Shown in pieces: positions 1-8,842 of a DNA stretch of 64,000 nucleotides (position 1 is the stretch's first letter; the number at the start of each line of letters is the position of its first letter). Location: UHGV virus genome UHGV-0468246. The stretch is one strand, 5' to 3'. A model generated the notes under the pieces. That model saw nothing but the letters and a program-made list of their open reading frames with translations, searched no databases and was not told where the DNA came from. Source of the stretch: a virus. Made by a program: the position numbers and the translations under genes.

Positions 1-2592
1 CGAGAGGGTCGTGGTTGACTTGACGACGATGGTTGCGGCATCGCCGTCAGCGCCCTTCGCGCCGGTAGCGCCCCTGTCGCCCTGCTCGCCCTTGTCGCCC
101 TTCGCGCCGGTCTGTCCGACGGGGATGCCGAAGTCGAACACCGCGTTCGACGACGTTCCCGCGTTCGTCACCGTGGGCGTGCTGCCCGGTGCGAGCTGCT
201 TCACCGTGCCGACGGCGACGGTCGCCGCCAAGCCCGTGTCGCCCTTCGCGCCTGTGTCGCCCTTGTCTCCCTTCGCGCCCGTAGCGCCCTGCGGTATCCC
301 GAAGTTGAACTGCGCGGCAGATGCCGTGCCTGCGTTCGTGACGGTGGCGCTGCTCCCCGGAGGCAGGGTGGTGACCGTGCCGACGGCGACGGTCGCGGCG
401 GTTCCCGGTATGCCTTGGTCGCCCTTTGCTCCCGTGTCGCCCTTCGGCCCCTTCTCGCCGGTGTCGCCCTTGTCTCCCTTCGCGCCAGTGCCCCCCTTCG
501 GGATGCCGAAGTCGAAGCGCGCTGCGGTCGCCGTGCCGACGTTGGACACCGTGGGCTGCGAGCCTGCGGGGAGGCTCGTCACGGTGCCGACCGTTATGGT
601 CGCGGCGGTGCCGGGAACGCCCTGCGCGCCCTGCGGTATGGCGAAGTCGAGGATTGCCGCGTTCTCGGTGCCCTTGTTCACGACGGATGCGGGAGACCCG
701 GCAGCGCCGGTCGTGACCGTGCCCACGTCTATCGTGGCCGCTTGGCCCTGCGCGCCCTGCGGGCCGCGCTCTCCCTGCGGGCCGGGGTCGCCCTTCTCGC
801 CTTGCACGCCCTGCCCCCCTTGCGGGCCGCGCTCTCCCTGCTTGCCCTCGACCAAGCCGAAGTCGAGCACCGCCGCGCTCGCCGTGCCCTTGTTCTCGAC
901 AGTCGGCGAGCTTCCCGGAGGCAGCGATGTGACCTTGCCCACCGACACCGTTGCAGCGTCTCCCTTGTCGCCCTTCGCCCCCGTGTCGCCCTTGGCACCG
1001 GTGTCGCCCTTGTCGCCCTTGGGGATGGTGAAGTCGAGCACGGCGGAAGAGGACGTTCCGGAGTTGACGATCTGGGCCTCGCTCCCGGCAGCGCCGGTGG
1101 TGACCGTGCCGACCGACACCGTTGCAGCCTGTCCAGGTATTCCTTGGTCGCCCTGCGGGCCTTGGTCGCCCTGCGGGCCTTGGATTGGGCCGACGTTCCG
1201 CCAGTCGTTCGTGCTCCCGGCGACCCACACCCACAAGTCGCCCTTGATCGTGTAAGCGTCGCCGACCTCGCCCGTGGGATGGGCCGCCTTCAGCTCCTCG
1301 TAGGAGCCGTACATTCCTTTGATGACGACGCTCGTGCCGTCGGCACCCTTGTCGCCGGGGTCTCCCTTGTCGCCCTTGGGGCCTTGGGGTATGCCGAAGT
1401 TCAGCAGCGCCGCGTTCTGCGTGCCCGCGTTGTCAACGGTCGCTTGGCTTCCGGCAGGGAGCGTCGTCGTGGTTCCAACGGTGATCGTGGCCGCTTGACC
1501 CTGCTGCCCTTGCGGCCCCGTGTCGCCCTTCGCGCCCGTGTCGCCCTTCTCGCCCTGAACCAAGCCGAAGTCGAGCACGGCGGAAAGCGACGAGCCGGAG
1601 TTCGTCACAGTGGGCGAGCTTCCCGGAGGCAGCGACGTGACCTTGCCGACCGTTACGGTCGCGGCCTGTCCGGGCGCGCCCGTGTCTCCCTTGTCGCCCT
1701 TCGCGCCGTCTTGGCCCGCAAGGCCCTGCAGCCCTCTCTCGCCCTGTATGCCCTGTATGCCCTGCGGGCCTTGGGGTATCGTGAAGTTGAACACCGCGTT
1801 CGTGGTGTCGCCGGAGTTCGTGACCTGCGCTGCCGTGCCGGGGTCTCCGGTCGTGACGGTGCCCACCGCGATGGTGGCGGCTATGCCGGGGTCGCCCTTG
1901 TCGCCTTGCACGCCCTGCAACCCCTGCGGGCCGCGCTCGCCGGTGTCGCCCTTGGGGCCTTGCTCGCCCCTCTCGCCTTGGTCGCCCTTCGGGCCTTGCT
2001 CTCCCTGCGGCCCCCTCTCGCCCTGTATGCCCTGCGGCCCCTGCTCGCCCTGCTCGCCCTTGTCGCCCTTCGCGCCCTTGGGCAGGAAGAAGTTCAGAAC
2101 GGGGTTCTGCACCGTGCCGGTGATCGTCACCTGCGGGGTGTCCGACGTTGCGACGGTTCCGATGGTGAAGTGCGGTATCAGCTCGCCGCTGTCGAGGCGG
2201 TCGTTTATCTCCTTGATCTGCGCGTATATCTGGGCGAGAATCTTGTTGAACTCGTCCTGCGTCTGGTTCACCTCGTAAAGGTGGGCGCGCATGATGCGGC
2301 GGGCGAACGCGATGTAGGCCACGCGGTAGAACTTCGTGTTGTAGTCGTAGGCGAGGAAGTCGCCCATGATGTCGGTTATGGTCTCGTCGGCTGGGTTGAC
2401 CACGTAGTGGTCGCTGATCTCGTTCGCCTTGATGTCAACCTGCTGCTTCTGGTCTGGGTCGAAAATCTCGTCGATCTTCGCGCACAGCGCCGCGAGGTCG
2501 GTCACTTCCAAGACCTCGTACAAAGCGCCCGTGAGGGTGTTCGTAATCCAGTCGCCGAGATTGACGGCTGTTCCGTTCTTGTCTACCAGCAT
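1..2592 (-). CDS. Tail fibre protein with collagen-like Gly-X-Y repeats and repeated ~40-aa beta modules. C-terminus lies outside the window.
   Basis: Minus-strand frame with ATG at 2592 preceded by AAGGAG. My translation starts [15 protein letters not shown] and continues into [22 protein letters not shown]... Gly-X-Y runs alternating with AATVxVGTVTxLPxGS modules. The ORF track lists no stop in this frame, so it runs off the window start. ORFs 11..1255(+), 47..1234(-) and 415..2631(+) are shadow frames of the repeat. Confidence 0.8.
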   Translation of the reverse strand, partial: MLVDKNGTAVNLGDWITNTLTGALYEVLEVTDLAALCAKIDEIFDPDQKQQVDIKANEISDHYVVNPADETITDIMGDFLAYDYNTKFYRVAYIAFARRIMRAHLYEVNQTQDEFNKILAQIYAQIKEINDRLDSGELIPHFTIGTVATSDTPQVTITGTVQNPVLNFFLPKGAKGDKGEQGEQGPQGIQGERGPQGEQGPKGDQGERGEQGPKGDTGERGPQGLQGVQGDKGDPGIAATIAVGTVTTGDPGTAAQVTNSGDTTNAVFNFTIPQGPQGIQGIQGERGLQGLAGQDGAKGDKGDTGAPGQAATVTVGKVTSLPPGSSPTVTNSGSSLSAVLDFGLVQGEKGDTGAKGDTGPQGQQGQAATITVGTTTTLPAGSQATVDNAGTQNAALLNFGIPQGPKGDKGDPGDKGADGTSVVIKGMYGSYEELKAAHPTGEVGDAYTIKGDLWVWVAGSTNDWRNVGPIQGPQGDQGPQGDQGIPGQAATVSVGTVTTGAAGSEAQIVNSGTSSSAVLDFTIPKGDKGDTGAKGDTGAKGDKGDAATVSVGKVTSLPPGSSPTVENKGTASAAVLDFGLVEGKQGERGPQGGQGVQGEKGDPGPQGERGPQGAQGQAATIDVGTVTTGAAGSPASVVNKGTENAAILDFAIPQGAQGVPGTAATITVGTVTSLPAGSQPTVSNVGTATAARFDFGIPKGGTGAKGDKGDTGEKGPKGDTGAKGDQGIPGTAATVAVGTVTTLPPGSSATVTNAGTASAAQFNFGIPQGATGAKGDKGDTGAKGDTGLAATVAVGTVKQLAPGSTPTVTNAGTSSNAVFDFGIPVGQTGAKGDKGEQGDRGATGAKGADGDAATIVVKSTTTLS

Positions 2593-2667
2593 CTCGCGCT
2601 CCTTCAATCCGATGTTGCCTCCATTGTATGAAAAAGGCGGGGTTCGCGCTATGGAGCTGGCGCGCCC

Positions 2668-2699
2668 TTGACATACGTTGCCCCCCCCCCAGTTACGAT
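2668..2699 (+). promoter_or_regulatory. Promoter of paralog unit 1: TTGACA (2668-2673), C10 tract (2681-2690), TACGAT (2694-2699)
   Basis: A consensus -35 hexamer, then a 20-nt spacer containing a 10-C homopolymer, then a TANNNT -10-like hexamer. It sits 35 nt upstream of a GGAGG ribosome-binding site and the ATG at 2735. The same layout recurs upstream of all four paralogs. Confidence 0.55.
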
Positions 2700-2734
2700 A
2701 GTCCCGAAACGGAGGCTGATGCGGAGGAGCGGCA

Positions 2735-3175
2735 ATGGCGGTGTTGAAGTATCGAGGTTCGGGCGGAACTATCCAGACCCTCTTGGACGTGACCGGCACG
2801 CTGGCGCGCATCGGCGCGTTGGAGACGAAGACGAACAACCTCCAAACGACCGTCAACACCCTCAACGCCTCCTCCGGCTGGAAAAGGCTGTCGAAGAACT
2901 GCTGGTACAAGAAGGTCGGCCTGTGGTGCATAGTCCAATGCGACTACATAAGCCTGTCGGCGAGCACGTGGAAGACCCTCGGAACCCTCCCTGCCGGTTA
3001 CAGGCCGGTGATCACGGGGCTGACCGACGAGTTCAAAGTCGTGTCGGGCGCGGCGTTCCATCGCGGCGAGAACAACATAGGCCTAATCGAGATTAACGGC
3101 TCCGGCGTGGTGAGCATGTACGCGACCGTCGCGAGCGATTATTGGTCTGCGAACATCGTGTTCCCCTGCGCTTGA
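2735..3175 (+). CDS. Paralog 1 of a tandem small-protein family (146 aa). Conserved N-terminus MAxLKYRGxGG, variable C-terminal domain.
   Basis: ORF preceded by a GGAGG ribosome-binding site. The first ~35 aa resemble those of the ORFs at 3230, 3783 and 4288; the C-terminal ~110 aa are divergent. Confidence 0.65.
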   Translation: MAVLKYRGSGGTIQTLLDVTGTLARIGALETKTNNLQTTVNTLNASSGWKRLSKNCWYKKVGLWCIVQCDYISLSASTWKTLGTLPAGYRPVITGLTDEFKVVSGAAFHRGENNIGLIEINGSGVVSMYATVASDYWSANIVFPCA

Positions 3176-3202
3176 CATTCTTTGCCCCCCCCCAGTTACC
3201 AT
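3172..3202 (+). promoter_or_regulatory. Promoter of paralog unit 2: TTGACA (3172-3177), C9 tract (3185-3193), TACCAT (3197-3202)
   Basis: Same layout as unit 1 with a 19-nt spacer containing a 9-C tract. GGAGGG ribosome-binding site, then ATG at 3230. Confidence 0.55.
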
Positions 3203-3229
3203 TGTCTGGTAAACGGACGGAGGGCTGCA

Positions 3230-3730
3230 ATGGCGAAGTTGAAGTACCGCAAAGGCTCTGAAATATTCGAGATTTTCGACACGGACGACATCAAGGCGCT
3301 CCAAACGAAGGTGGACGAGGTGCCAAGGCTCCCGACGTTCGGCTCGACCTCCGGCAACTGGCCCTTCGGAGTGGTCTACTGGAACGTCAGCGCCGACAAG
3401 AAGCGCCTGTCGCTCCATGGGAACATCTACTTCGACAGCTGCGGCGACGCGTGGAGCGCCATGAAGGCGATACCGGGCGGAGCGTCGAACGAGTGGGGCT
3501 TGCAGGTCGCAACTCCGCTCGGAGCGCAATCCAAAGCCCTCTGGATACCTGCCGTCGGCTTCTCCACCACGAACTCCACCATATCGGCCCAGAACTTCGG
3601 TCGCCTTACCATGAAGATAGGCACCGACGGCTACTGCTACGTATTCCCGACGACGACAAAGCCGGAGGGCGACGGCCCGTTCTCGTGCTTCATAGATTGC
3701 TGGTACATGAGCATAGCGGACTACGCTTGA
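3230..3730 (+). CDS. Paralog 2 (166 aa). Starts MAKLKYRKG, with a Trp/Tyr/Cys-rich C-terminal domain.
   Basis: The track ORF 3182..3730 begins at a TTG inside the poly-C tract. The ATG at 3230, preceded by a GGAGGG ribosome-binding site, is the likely start. The N-terminus matches the paralog family. Confidence 0.65.
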   Translation: MAKLKYRKGSEIFEIFDTDDIKALQTKVDEVPRLPTFGSTSGNWPFGVVYWNVSADKKRLSLHGNIYFDSCGDAWSAMKAIPGGASNEWGLQVATPLGAQSKALWIPAVGFSTTNSTISAQNFGRLTMKIGTDGYCYVFPTTTKPEGDGPFSCFIDCWYMSIADYA

Positions 3731-3757
3731 CATTTTCTGCCCCCCCCCTGTTACGAT
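3727..3757 (+). promoter_or_regulatory. Promoter of paralog unit 3: TTGACA (3727-3732), C9 tract (3740-3748), TACGAT (3752-3757)
   Basis: Same layout, 19-nt spacer. Ribosome-binding site AAGGAAGGG, then ATG at 3783. Confidence 0.55.
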
Positions 3758-3782
3758 CTTCGCCGATGAAAGGAAGGGTCGA

Positions 3783-4226
3783 ATGGCTATCATCAAGTAC
3801 AGGGGCAGCGACGGCGTTGTCGAACTGCTCGACGTGGGTGCGCTGCTGGGGCGGGTGAGCGGCTTGGAGGCCAAGACGGCATCGTTCGAGCGGGCGACAT
3901 CGGGGATATGGAAATACGAGAAGCGCTCCGACGGCACCTGCGTCTGCGAGGGCCAGCAGACGCGCACGGTCAACATAGAGAACATATATTCGGGGAACAT
4001 CTACTACGGCGACTTCGCCGCCGTCTCGTTCCCCAGCGGGCTGTTCACCGCAGTGCCGGACGTTCGCGCGACGATTCAATCGGCACCAGTGACCGTGTGG
4101 GTCGCGACGGTCTCGAACTCGAAGCCGTCAACGTCGTCAACGCAGGCGGTGCGCCTGCTGTCGGGCGGCCCGGAGACGAGCATATCCGTCACGGTCTCCT
4201 ACCGCGCGGTCGGTCGCTGGAAGTAG
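3783..4226 (+). CDS. Paralog 3 (147 aa). Starts MAIIKYRGSDGVVELLDV.
   Basis: ORF with a ribosome-binding site. Conserved N-terminus and a distinct C-terminal domain. Confidence 0.65.
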   Translation: MAIIKYRGSDGVVELLDVGALLGRVSGLEAKTASFERATSGIWKYEKRSDGTCVCEGQQTRTVNIENIYSGNIYYGDFAAVSFPSGLFTAVPDVRATIQSAPVTVWVATVSNSKPSTSSTQAVRLLSGGPETSISVTVSYRAVGRWK

Positions 4227-4228
4227 CC

Positions 4229-4259
4229 TTGACTTTCCGTGCCCCCCCCCTGTTACGCT
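4229..4259 (+). promoter_or_regulatory. Promoter of paralog unit 4: TTGACT (4229-4234), C9 tract (4242-4250), TACGCT (4254-4259)
   Basis: Same layout. Ribosome-binding site GGAAGGGAGAGGG, then ATG at 4288. Confidence 0.5.
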
Positions 4260-4287
4260 TTCCCGAAACACTCGGAAGGGAGAGGGA

Positions 4288-4761
4288 ATGGCGAAGCTGA
4301 AGTACAGGGGCACGGGCGGCGTGGTCGAGCTTCTTGACATCTCGAACGTTCTCAACCGCCTGTCGTCGCTCGAAGCCAAGATGACGGCGGTCGAGACAAA
4401 GCTGACGGTCAAGTCCGACGGTTTATGGCGTTATCTCGTCCTCGGCTCCTTCGTCATCGGATGGCGCACCGACCGTTTCGTCGTGCCGCAATGGAACTCG
4501 TGGGGCAATCTCTGGGAAAGCTCCGCAAAGCTCTCTTCGGTCATCTATCCGGGCGGCTATCAGGGGAAGTTCTCGCAAGTCGCCCTGTTCTGCAACGCCA
4601 AGAACGTCGGAGAGGTCACATCGTGCGGCGTGGAGTTCGAGGACAGCTCGACCCCGGACGTTCTCAACAAGTTTCCCAGCGTGTACCTGCTGCGCCCGAA
4701 CAACGCGGGCACGAACGTGACGTACGACGTGTACCGCATGTTCATAGGTCAGCTCAAATGA
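4288..4761 (+). CDS. Paralog 4 (157 aa). Starts MAKLKYRGTGGVVELLDISNVLNRLSSLEAK.
   Basis: ORF with a ribosome-binding site. Its N-terminus is closest to paralogs 1 and 3. Confidence 0.65.
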   Translation: MAKLKYRGTGGVVELLDISNVLNRLSSLEAKMTAVETKLTVKSDGLWRYLVLGSFVIGWRTDRFVVPQWNSWGNLWESSAKLSSVIYPGGYQGKFSQVALFCNAKNVGEVTSCGVEFEDSSTPDVLNKFPSVYLLRPNNAGTNVTYDVYRMFIGQLK

Positions 4762-4845
4762 CGGCTTGACAACCTCCGCCCCAGCTGAACAGAACGTCGT
4801 ACGCGACCGAAGTGCCCGTCAACTTGATTGGCGGCGTAAAAAAAA

Positions 4846-4867
4846 GAACCCCTCTCGCGAGGGGTTC
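4846..4867 (-). terminator. Rho-independent terminator after the endolysin gene
   Basis: Hairpin GAACCCCTC-tcgc-GAGGGGTTC, followed on the minus strand by a T8 run (complement of the A8 at 4838-4845). Confidence 0.75.
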
Positions 4868-4883
4868 TTCATTCGCTGCGGCT

Positions 4884-6053
4884 TTACAGGTAGATGACCT
4901 GACCGGGGTAGATCACGTTCGGGTCGGAGATGCCGTTCTTCGCGGCGAGGCCCATGTAGTTGGAACCCCAGCCGTTGCTCGCGGCGATTGCGGAAAGGTT
5001 GTCGCCCTCCCGAACCGTGTAGGTTCCGCCTCCGCCGACCTCCGCCGCCGCGCCGCCGTTGGTCAGGGCGATGTTGCCGATGTCGATGGCTGCGGTCACC
5101 TGACCGTCTCGACCGATCACCGCGCGGCGACCGTCCAGCTCCATCACGACGTAGGTGCCGTGGACGGCGAGCGGGGTGCCGTTCTCGTCAACGGGCGTGA
5201 CGACCTTGACCAGCGAGCCGACCGAGATTGTCGGGGAGCCGCCGGAGCCGCCGCCGACCTTCGCGAGGTTGGAAGCGTCGATGGCCGCCGTGACCTGACC
5301 GCCGCGACCGATCACGATGCGGTTGCCGGACACCTCCATCACCTCGTAGGTGCCGGAGGTCGCGAGCGACGTGCCGTTCACATCGACGGGGTTGGTCACG
5401 GTCACGATGTCGCCGACGCTGAAGGAGGCCGACGGCGCTGGCTCCGGGGAAGGCTCCGGCGGCACGTAGCTGCCGCCGTGAATCTCCTGCGGGAAGTCCC
5501 TGTAGCACTCGTTCGCGTCCAGAGGGCCGATGCCGCCGATGTAGGCGGTCGAGGTGTACTGCCAGATGTCCGCCGTGCCGTTGTAGGACAGGTCGGCACC
5601 GTACTCGGCGACCCAAGCGGTGTAGGGCAGGATGCGCATGTCCTGCGCGTTCGCGTTGTAGCGCCCGGTGTACCAGCCGAACCAGTACCCGGCGGCCTCG
5701 ATCTGCGGGCCGACGACCTCGCACGCGCGACGGTAGAACCATTCCAGACCCGCCTCCTCAACGTCGAGGTAGGCGGGGAAGCCCATCTCGGACGGGTCGG
5801 GGAGCAGGCGCAGCATGTGGGCCGCCTCGCTGTTCGCCATGGAATCGTTCGACGCGTAAGAGTACAGGTACACGCCGAAGGGGATGCCGAGGCGCTTGCA
5901 CTCGGACATGTTGCGATGGTACTGCCGGTCGTCTTGGTTCGCGTAGTCGCTGCCGTAGCCGCAGGACAGGATTGCCCCGTCGATTCGGCCCACGAGGGCA
6001 TCCCAGTTGATGGTGCCCTGATGGTGCGATACGTCGATGAGCGTCATTGTCAT
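4884..6053 (-). CDS. Endolysin: GH25 muramidase, two ~50-aa internal repeats, C-terminal LysM
   Basis: N-terminus IDVSHHQG...GVYLYSYA matches the GH25 lysozyme signature. Two repeats of the form G(D/S)IVTVTNPVD..GT...GTY.VME. The C-terminus YTVREGDNLSAIAA...YPGQVIYL is a LysM domain. Confidence 0.85.
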   Translation of the reverse strand: MTMTLIDVSHHQGTINWDALVGRIDGAILSCGYGSDYANQDDRQYHRNMSECKRLGIPFGVYLYSYASNDSMANSEAAHMLRLLPDPSEMGFPAYLDVEEAGLEWFYRRACEVVGPQIEAAGYWFGWYTGRYNANAQDMRILPYTAWVAEYGADLSYNGTADIWQYTSTAYIGGIGPLDANECYRDFPQEIHGGSYVPPEPSPEPAPSASFSVGDIVTVTNPVDVNGTSLATSGTYEVMEVSGNRIVIGRGGQVTAAIDASNLAKVGGGSGGSPTISVGSLVKVVTPVDENGTPLAVHGTYVVMELDGRRAVIGRDGQVTAAIDIGNIALTNGGAAAEVGGGGTYTVREGDNLSAIAASNGWGSNYMGLAAKNGISDPNVIYPGQVIYL

Positions 6054-6117
6054 GGTGTTTCTCTCCTTTCGCTCGATGGGGACATTCTACCACCGAGAAG
6101 GGAGGAGGGACACGCGG

Positions 6118-6345
6118 TCACGAAACGGGCAGGTAGTCCTTCAGGACTTCCTTCGTGTTCGCGTCGCGCCTGACGATGACGGGCTGCGGGATGCCGTTGA
6201 CGATCTTCACGCCGAAGACGACCTCCTGCACGGGGTGCGCGATGTCGGCGGTCTTGTATCCGCTCGAAGCAACAACGTCGATGGGGTCTGCGGTCGCCAT
6301 CGCCCTACCAAACGTCGGCGTGGACTTCGACAGCCATGCCGTCAA
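6118..6345 (-). CDS. Hypothetical protein (75 aa), lysis-cassette neighbour
   Basis: ORF directly upstream of the endolysin in the direction of transcription. No recognisable motif. Confidence 0.4.
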   Translation of the reverse strand: MTAWLSKSTPTFGRAMATADPIDVVASSGYKTADIAHPVQEVVFGVKIVNGIPQPVIVRRDANTKEVLKDYLPVS

Positions 6346-6799
6346 CCGTCTTGATTCTAAGGCCGTCCACGGCCTCCCAGCCGCCCGAAGGAACCGTTAT
6401 GGGGGCGCAGGCCGCCTTGCGGTAAACCATGGCCTTGGAGACGTTCAGGGAGGCTCTGGCGTATATGCGCGTGCCCGCGTACTCGCCAAGGTAGCTCTCC
6501 TCGTCGTCGAGAGCGTCCACCGCCTCGGACATCGCCCTCTCGACATCGGTCTCCCCGAGCGGGTTGTCGCCAACCCCCTCCAAGCCGAGCATCTGGTACA
6601 TCTGCTCGCGCTCGATCACTTGGATGCGGTCGTCGTACTCGTCGCGACCGTGGTAGAGGACGCGGAAGTCGTCGTCTCCCTCTTCGAGGACTTCGAGCGA
6701 CCGGTACTTGCCTCCGGGAAGGTAGTAGGGGTTTGCGAAGTCGGAAGGCTCGAACACGGCCCCCGGCTTGATCTCGTCGTACGACACAGGGGTTGCCAT
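6305..6799 (-). CDS. Hypothetical acidic protein (164 aa)
   Basis: ORF with codon usage consistent with its neighbours. Confidence 0.45.
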   Translation of the reverse strand: MATPVSYDEIKPGAVFEPSDFANPYYLPGGKYRSLEVLEEGDDDFRVLYHGRDEYDDRIQVIEREQMYQMLGLEGVGDNPLGETDVERAMSEAVDALDDEESYLGEYAGTRIYARASLNVSKAMVYRKAACAPITVPSGGWEAVDGLRIKTVDGMAVEVHADVW

Positions 6800-7002
6800 C
6801 AGCGCTTCTCCCCTATCAGGAACACGATCACGACGAGGCAGGTGATCAGGAGCGTAAGGTAGGCCTCCATGATTCCCTGCGAGGCCACGGCCACCGCGAT
6901 CACGGCGAGCGCTATGTAGGACGGCAACCGCAGGTCTTTCGTCCGCTTGCCCTCGTTCCCGCGCATAAGCTCGTAACGCTCCTTGGTGGTCATCTCAAAC
7001 AC
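6799..7002 (-). CDS. Holin-like small membrane protein (67 aa)
   Basis: Charged N-terminus, then a hydrophobic stretch ALAVIAVAVASQGIMEAYLTLLITCLVVIVFLIG. Located upstream of the endolysin. Confidence 0.5.
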   Translation of the reverse strand: MFEMTTKERYELMRGNEGKRTKDLRLPSYIALAVIAVAVASQGIMEAYLTLLITCLVVIVFLIGEKR

Positions 7003-7060
7003 CCGCCTTTCTTGTCCCTTTCGCTAAGGATAGCAGGAAGTCGGCTCGCCGCGCAACGGG

Positions 7061-7384
7061 TTAGCCGCACAAGCGGTCGATGATGAGGGCCTTGTCAATC
7101 GCCACCATCTCCGAATCGACGACGTACGCCTTGAACTTGTCGAGCATCACGCGGGTGTTGCGGAAGTACAGGCTGAACGGCATGTCCTCCAAGCGCAGCG
7201 TGGCGCGCACGAAGCCGTTCTTCATGAACTCGACCGTCGCCGGGAACTCCATCCCGCTCTCGATCAGGGCCGCCTCGCCCTGCCCGACGGAGAAGAACGT
7301 GTCAACGCCCCGCCACATCAGCGTAAGCCCGTACTCGCCGTCGCCCACCGCGTACCTGCCGTTCGCCCCGGTGACATGCACCAT
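7061..7384 (-). CDS. Hypothetical protein (107 aa)
   Basis: ORF; no motif recognised. Confidence 0.4.
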   Translation of the reverse strand: MVHVTGANGRYAVGDGEYGLTLMWRGVDTFFSVGQGEAALIESGMEFPATVEFMKNGFVRATLRLEDMPFSLYFRNTRVMLDKFKAYVVDSEMVAIDKALIIDRLCG

Positions 7385-7396
7385 TGTCGGCCTCCT

Positions 7397-7594
7397 TTAG
7401 TCTCGAATCTCCAAGTTGGAGCTGATGCGCGCCGTCAGGTTGCGCTCGCTGAAGCAATGCTCCTGAACGGTGGCGACGTGGCGCTTGCCGAACTTGTCCC
7501 TGTAGCGGACGCGCCTGCCCTTCCGCGACACGACCGTTATCAGGTCGCCGTCGAGCGTCTTGTAGCTCTTGCCCGCCTCGAACTTGGTGCACAT
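7397..7594 (-). CDS. Hypothetical basic protein (65 aa)
   Basis: ORF; Lys/Arg-rich. Confidence 0.35.
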   Translation of the reverse strand: MCTKFEAGKSYKTLDGDLITVVSRKGRRVRYRDKFGKRHVATVQEHCFSERNLTARISSNLEIRD

Positions 7595-7618
7595 GCCGCC
7601 GTCCTTCCTCTCTGGCTC

Positions 7619-8125
7619 CTACTTCCTGCCATTCTCCTTGTCGGCGGCCTTCTCCGCAAGCCGCTTCTCCGCCTCGGCGCGGCGCGCTTCGTATGCCGCA
7701 GCCATCTCGTCGCGGAAGAGGGACAGCACATCCACGACGCTCAAATTCTCGGGCAGCATGCAGCCGTCAATCGCATCGCGGCACCACCTGTCGAACGGCT
7801 CGACCGCATCGACGCGCCCGCCGTGATCGAACTCCGTCATGGTCGCCGGTCTGCCGAAGTTCACGGCCCGGCGCGCCGTCTCGATGCCCAAGGCGCGCAG
7901 CTTGTCGGACAGGATGTCGGGCCGCTCCGCGCGGCCTCCCTCCATGGCCGCCGTCAAGCGGTCGGACAGACGGGCGTTCTCCGCCGTCAGCGCGTCGATG
8001 GTGCGGTACGCCCGCATGATCTCCGACACCACCGCCTCCCCGCTCATCGGCGCTGCCGCCTCGTGCGCCCGCGTCTTCTTGATGCTGCCGCCCAGCGTCG
8101 GCACGCTCTTGTGCTCCACAGCCAT
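7619..8125 (-). CDS. Hypothetical protein (168 aa)
   Basis: ATG at 8125 preceded by a GAAGGAG ribosome-binding site and the palindrome at 8140-8155. Confidence 0.5.
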   Translation of the reverse strand: MAVEHKSVPTLGGSIKKTRAHEAAAPMSGEAVVSEIMRAYRTIDALTAENARLSDRLTAAMEGGRAERPDILSDKLRALGIETARRAVNFGRPATMTEFDHGGRVDAVEPFDRWCRDAIDGCMLPENLSVVDVLSLFRDEMAAAYEARRAEAEKRLAEKAADKENGRK

Positions 8126-8139
8126 GTCTTTGCTCCTTC

Positions 8140-8155
8140 TCGATTATTTTATCGA
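8140..8155 (-). promoter_or_regulatory. 16-bp palindrome TCGATAAAATAATCGA immediately 5' of the ribosome-binding site (copy 1)
   Basis: Inverted repeat TCGATTA/TAATCGA. Read on the minus strand it is followed by GAAGGAGCAAAGAC and then ATG. Nearly identical to copy 7 at 31331. Confidence 0.6.
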
Positions 8156-8175
8156 GCGCGCCAAGGCGCTCGCCC

Positions 8176-8514
8176 TTACTGGTATCCGTCGTACGTCTTG
8201 CCCTTCGGCTCGTTGAGCGAAAGGCGGAGCGCGAGGCCGCTGCCGACGCATCCGTCGCGGTCGAACTCCGTTTCCGGCGAGTTGAAGAAGCCGTCCGCGT
8301 CGAAGCCGAAGCGGTAGTCGGTGCCGGTCACCTTGAACCCTCTCGACATCAGGTCGGCGGCGCGCTCGTTGAACCTTTGCAGCGCCTCCCCGAACTGGTG
8401 AAGCTCCTCCATCGTCTCCTCCTCGATGAACGAAGTCTCGACGAAGCAGCCGCCCTCGGCAGGCTCCCACGCGCTGCCGTAGTGCTCGACGTACAGATAG
8501 ATCGTGTTCAGCAT
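8176..8514 (-). CDS. Hypothetical protein (112 aa)
   Basis: ORF. Confidence 0.4.
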   Translation of the reverse strand: MLNTIYLYVEHYGSAWEPAEGGCFVETSFIEEETMEELHQFGEALQRFNERAADLMSRGFKVTGTDYRFGFDADGFFNSPETEFDRDGCVGSGLALRLSLNEPKGKTYDGYQ

Positions 8515-8527
8515 GGCCCTCTCCTCC

Positions 8528-8740
8528 CTACAGCTCCGGTGCCAGATAGCACTTGCCGCCCAGCGCCTTGTACGCGCCGTATCGCTCGTCGGACATGCCG
8601 ACGTAGGAGAAGCTGCAACCTTCCAGCTCCGAACGGAGGTACTGGCGCATCTCCTCCTCGGTGCCGTACACGGCCATGACGCTCTCGAAGCCGTTGGTCA
8701 TGAGCCTCACGAGCCAGTTCCCACGATAGCCGTCCAGCAT
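8528..8740 (-). CDS. Hypothetical protein (70 aa)
   Basis: ORF. Confidence 0.35.
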   Translation of the reverse strand: MLDGYRGNWLVRLMTNGFESVMAVYGTEEEMRQYLRSELEGCSFSYVGMSDERYGAYKALGGKCYLAPEL

Positions 8741-8797
8741 GGTGCTCCTCCTAAACGAAACGGGCGGTGCCTTTTGACATCGCCCATTCTACAGGAT

Positions 8798-8840
8798 GTA
8801 AAACAAGAAGTAAAGAGAAAAGTTAAGAAAAGAAATTAAG
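8798..8840 (+). repeat. AT-rich intergenic motif copy, plus orientation (GTAAAACAAGAAGTAAAGAGAAAAGTTAAGAAAAGAAATTAAG)
   Basis: Member of a ~14-copy AT-rich motif family standing out in a 65% GC background. Confidence 0.6.
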
Positions 8841-8842
8841 GC

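Noticed and set aside
11-2631. Long ORFs 11..1255(+), 47..1234(-), 415..2631(+) and 1610..2278(+)
   Set aside because: They overlap the collagen-like tail fibre gene in other frames or strands. Their translations are Pro/Ala/Ser or Arg/Gly low-complexity, which is typical of shadow ORFs over GC-rich Gly-X-Y repeats. The real gene is the minus frame starting at 2592.
2674-2699. The poly-C promoters being sigma-70 promoters with a canonical 17-bp spacer
   Set aside because: With TTGACA fixed, the best -10-like hexamers (TACGAT, TACCAT, TACGCT) are 19-20 nt away. A 17-nt spacing gives only AGTTAC or TGTTAC. I keep the promoter call but flag the spacing as atypical. It may suit a high-GC host sigma factor, or it may represent a phase-OFF length.
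4812-6173. ORF 4812..6173(+), 453 aa, and 5188..6001(-) overlapping ORFs
   Set aside because: Antisense or out-of-frame shadows of the well-supported GH25-LysM endolysin gene. Arg/Gly/Ala-rich with no motifs.
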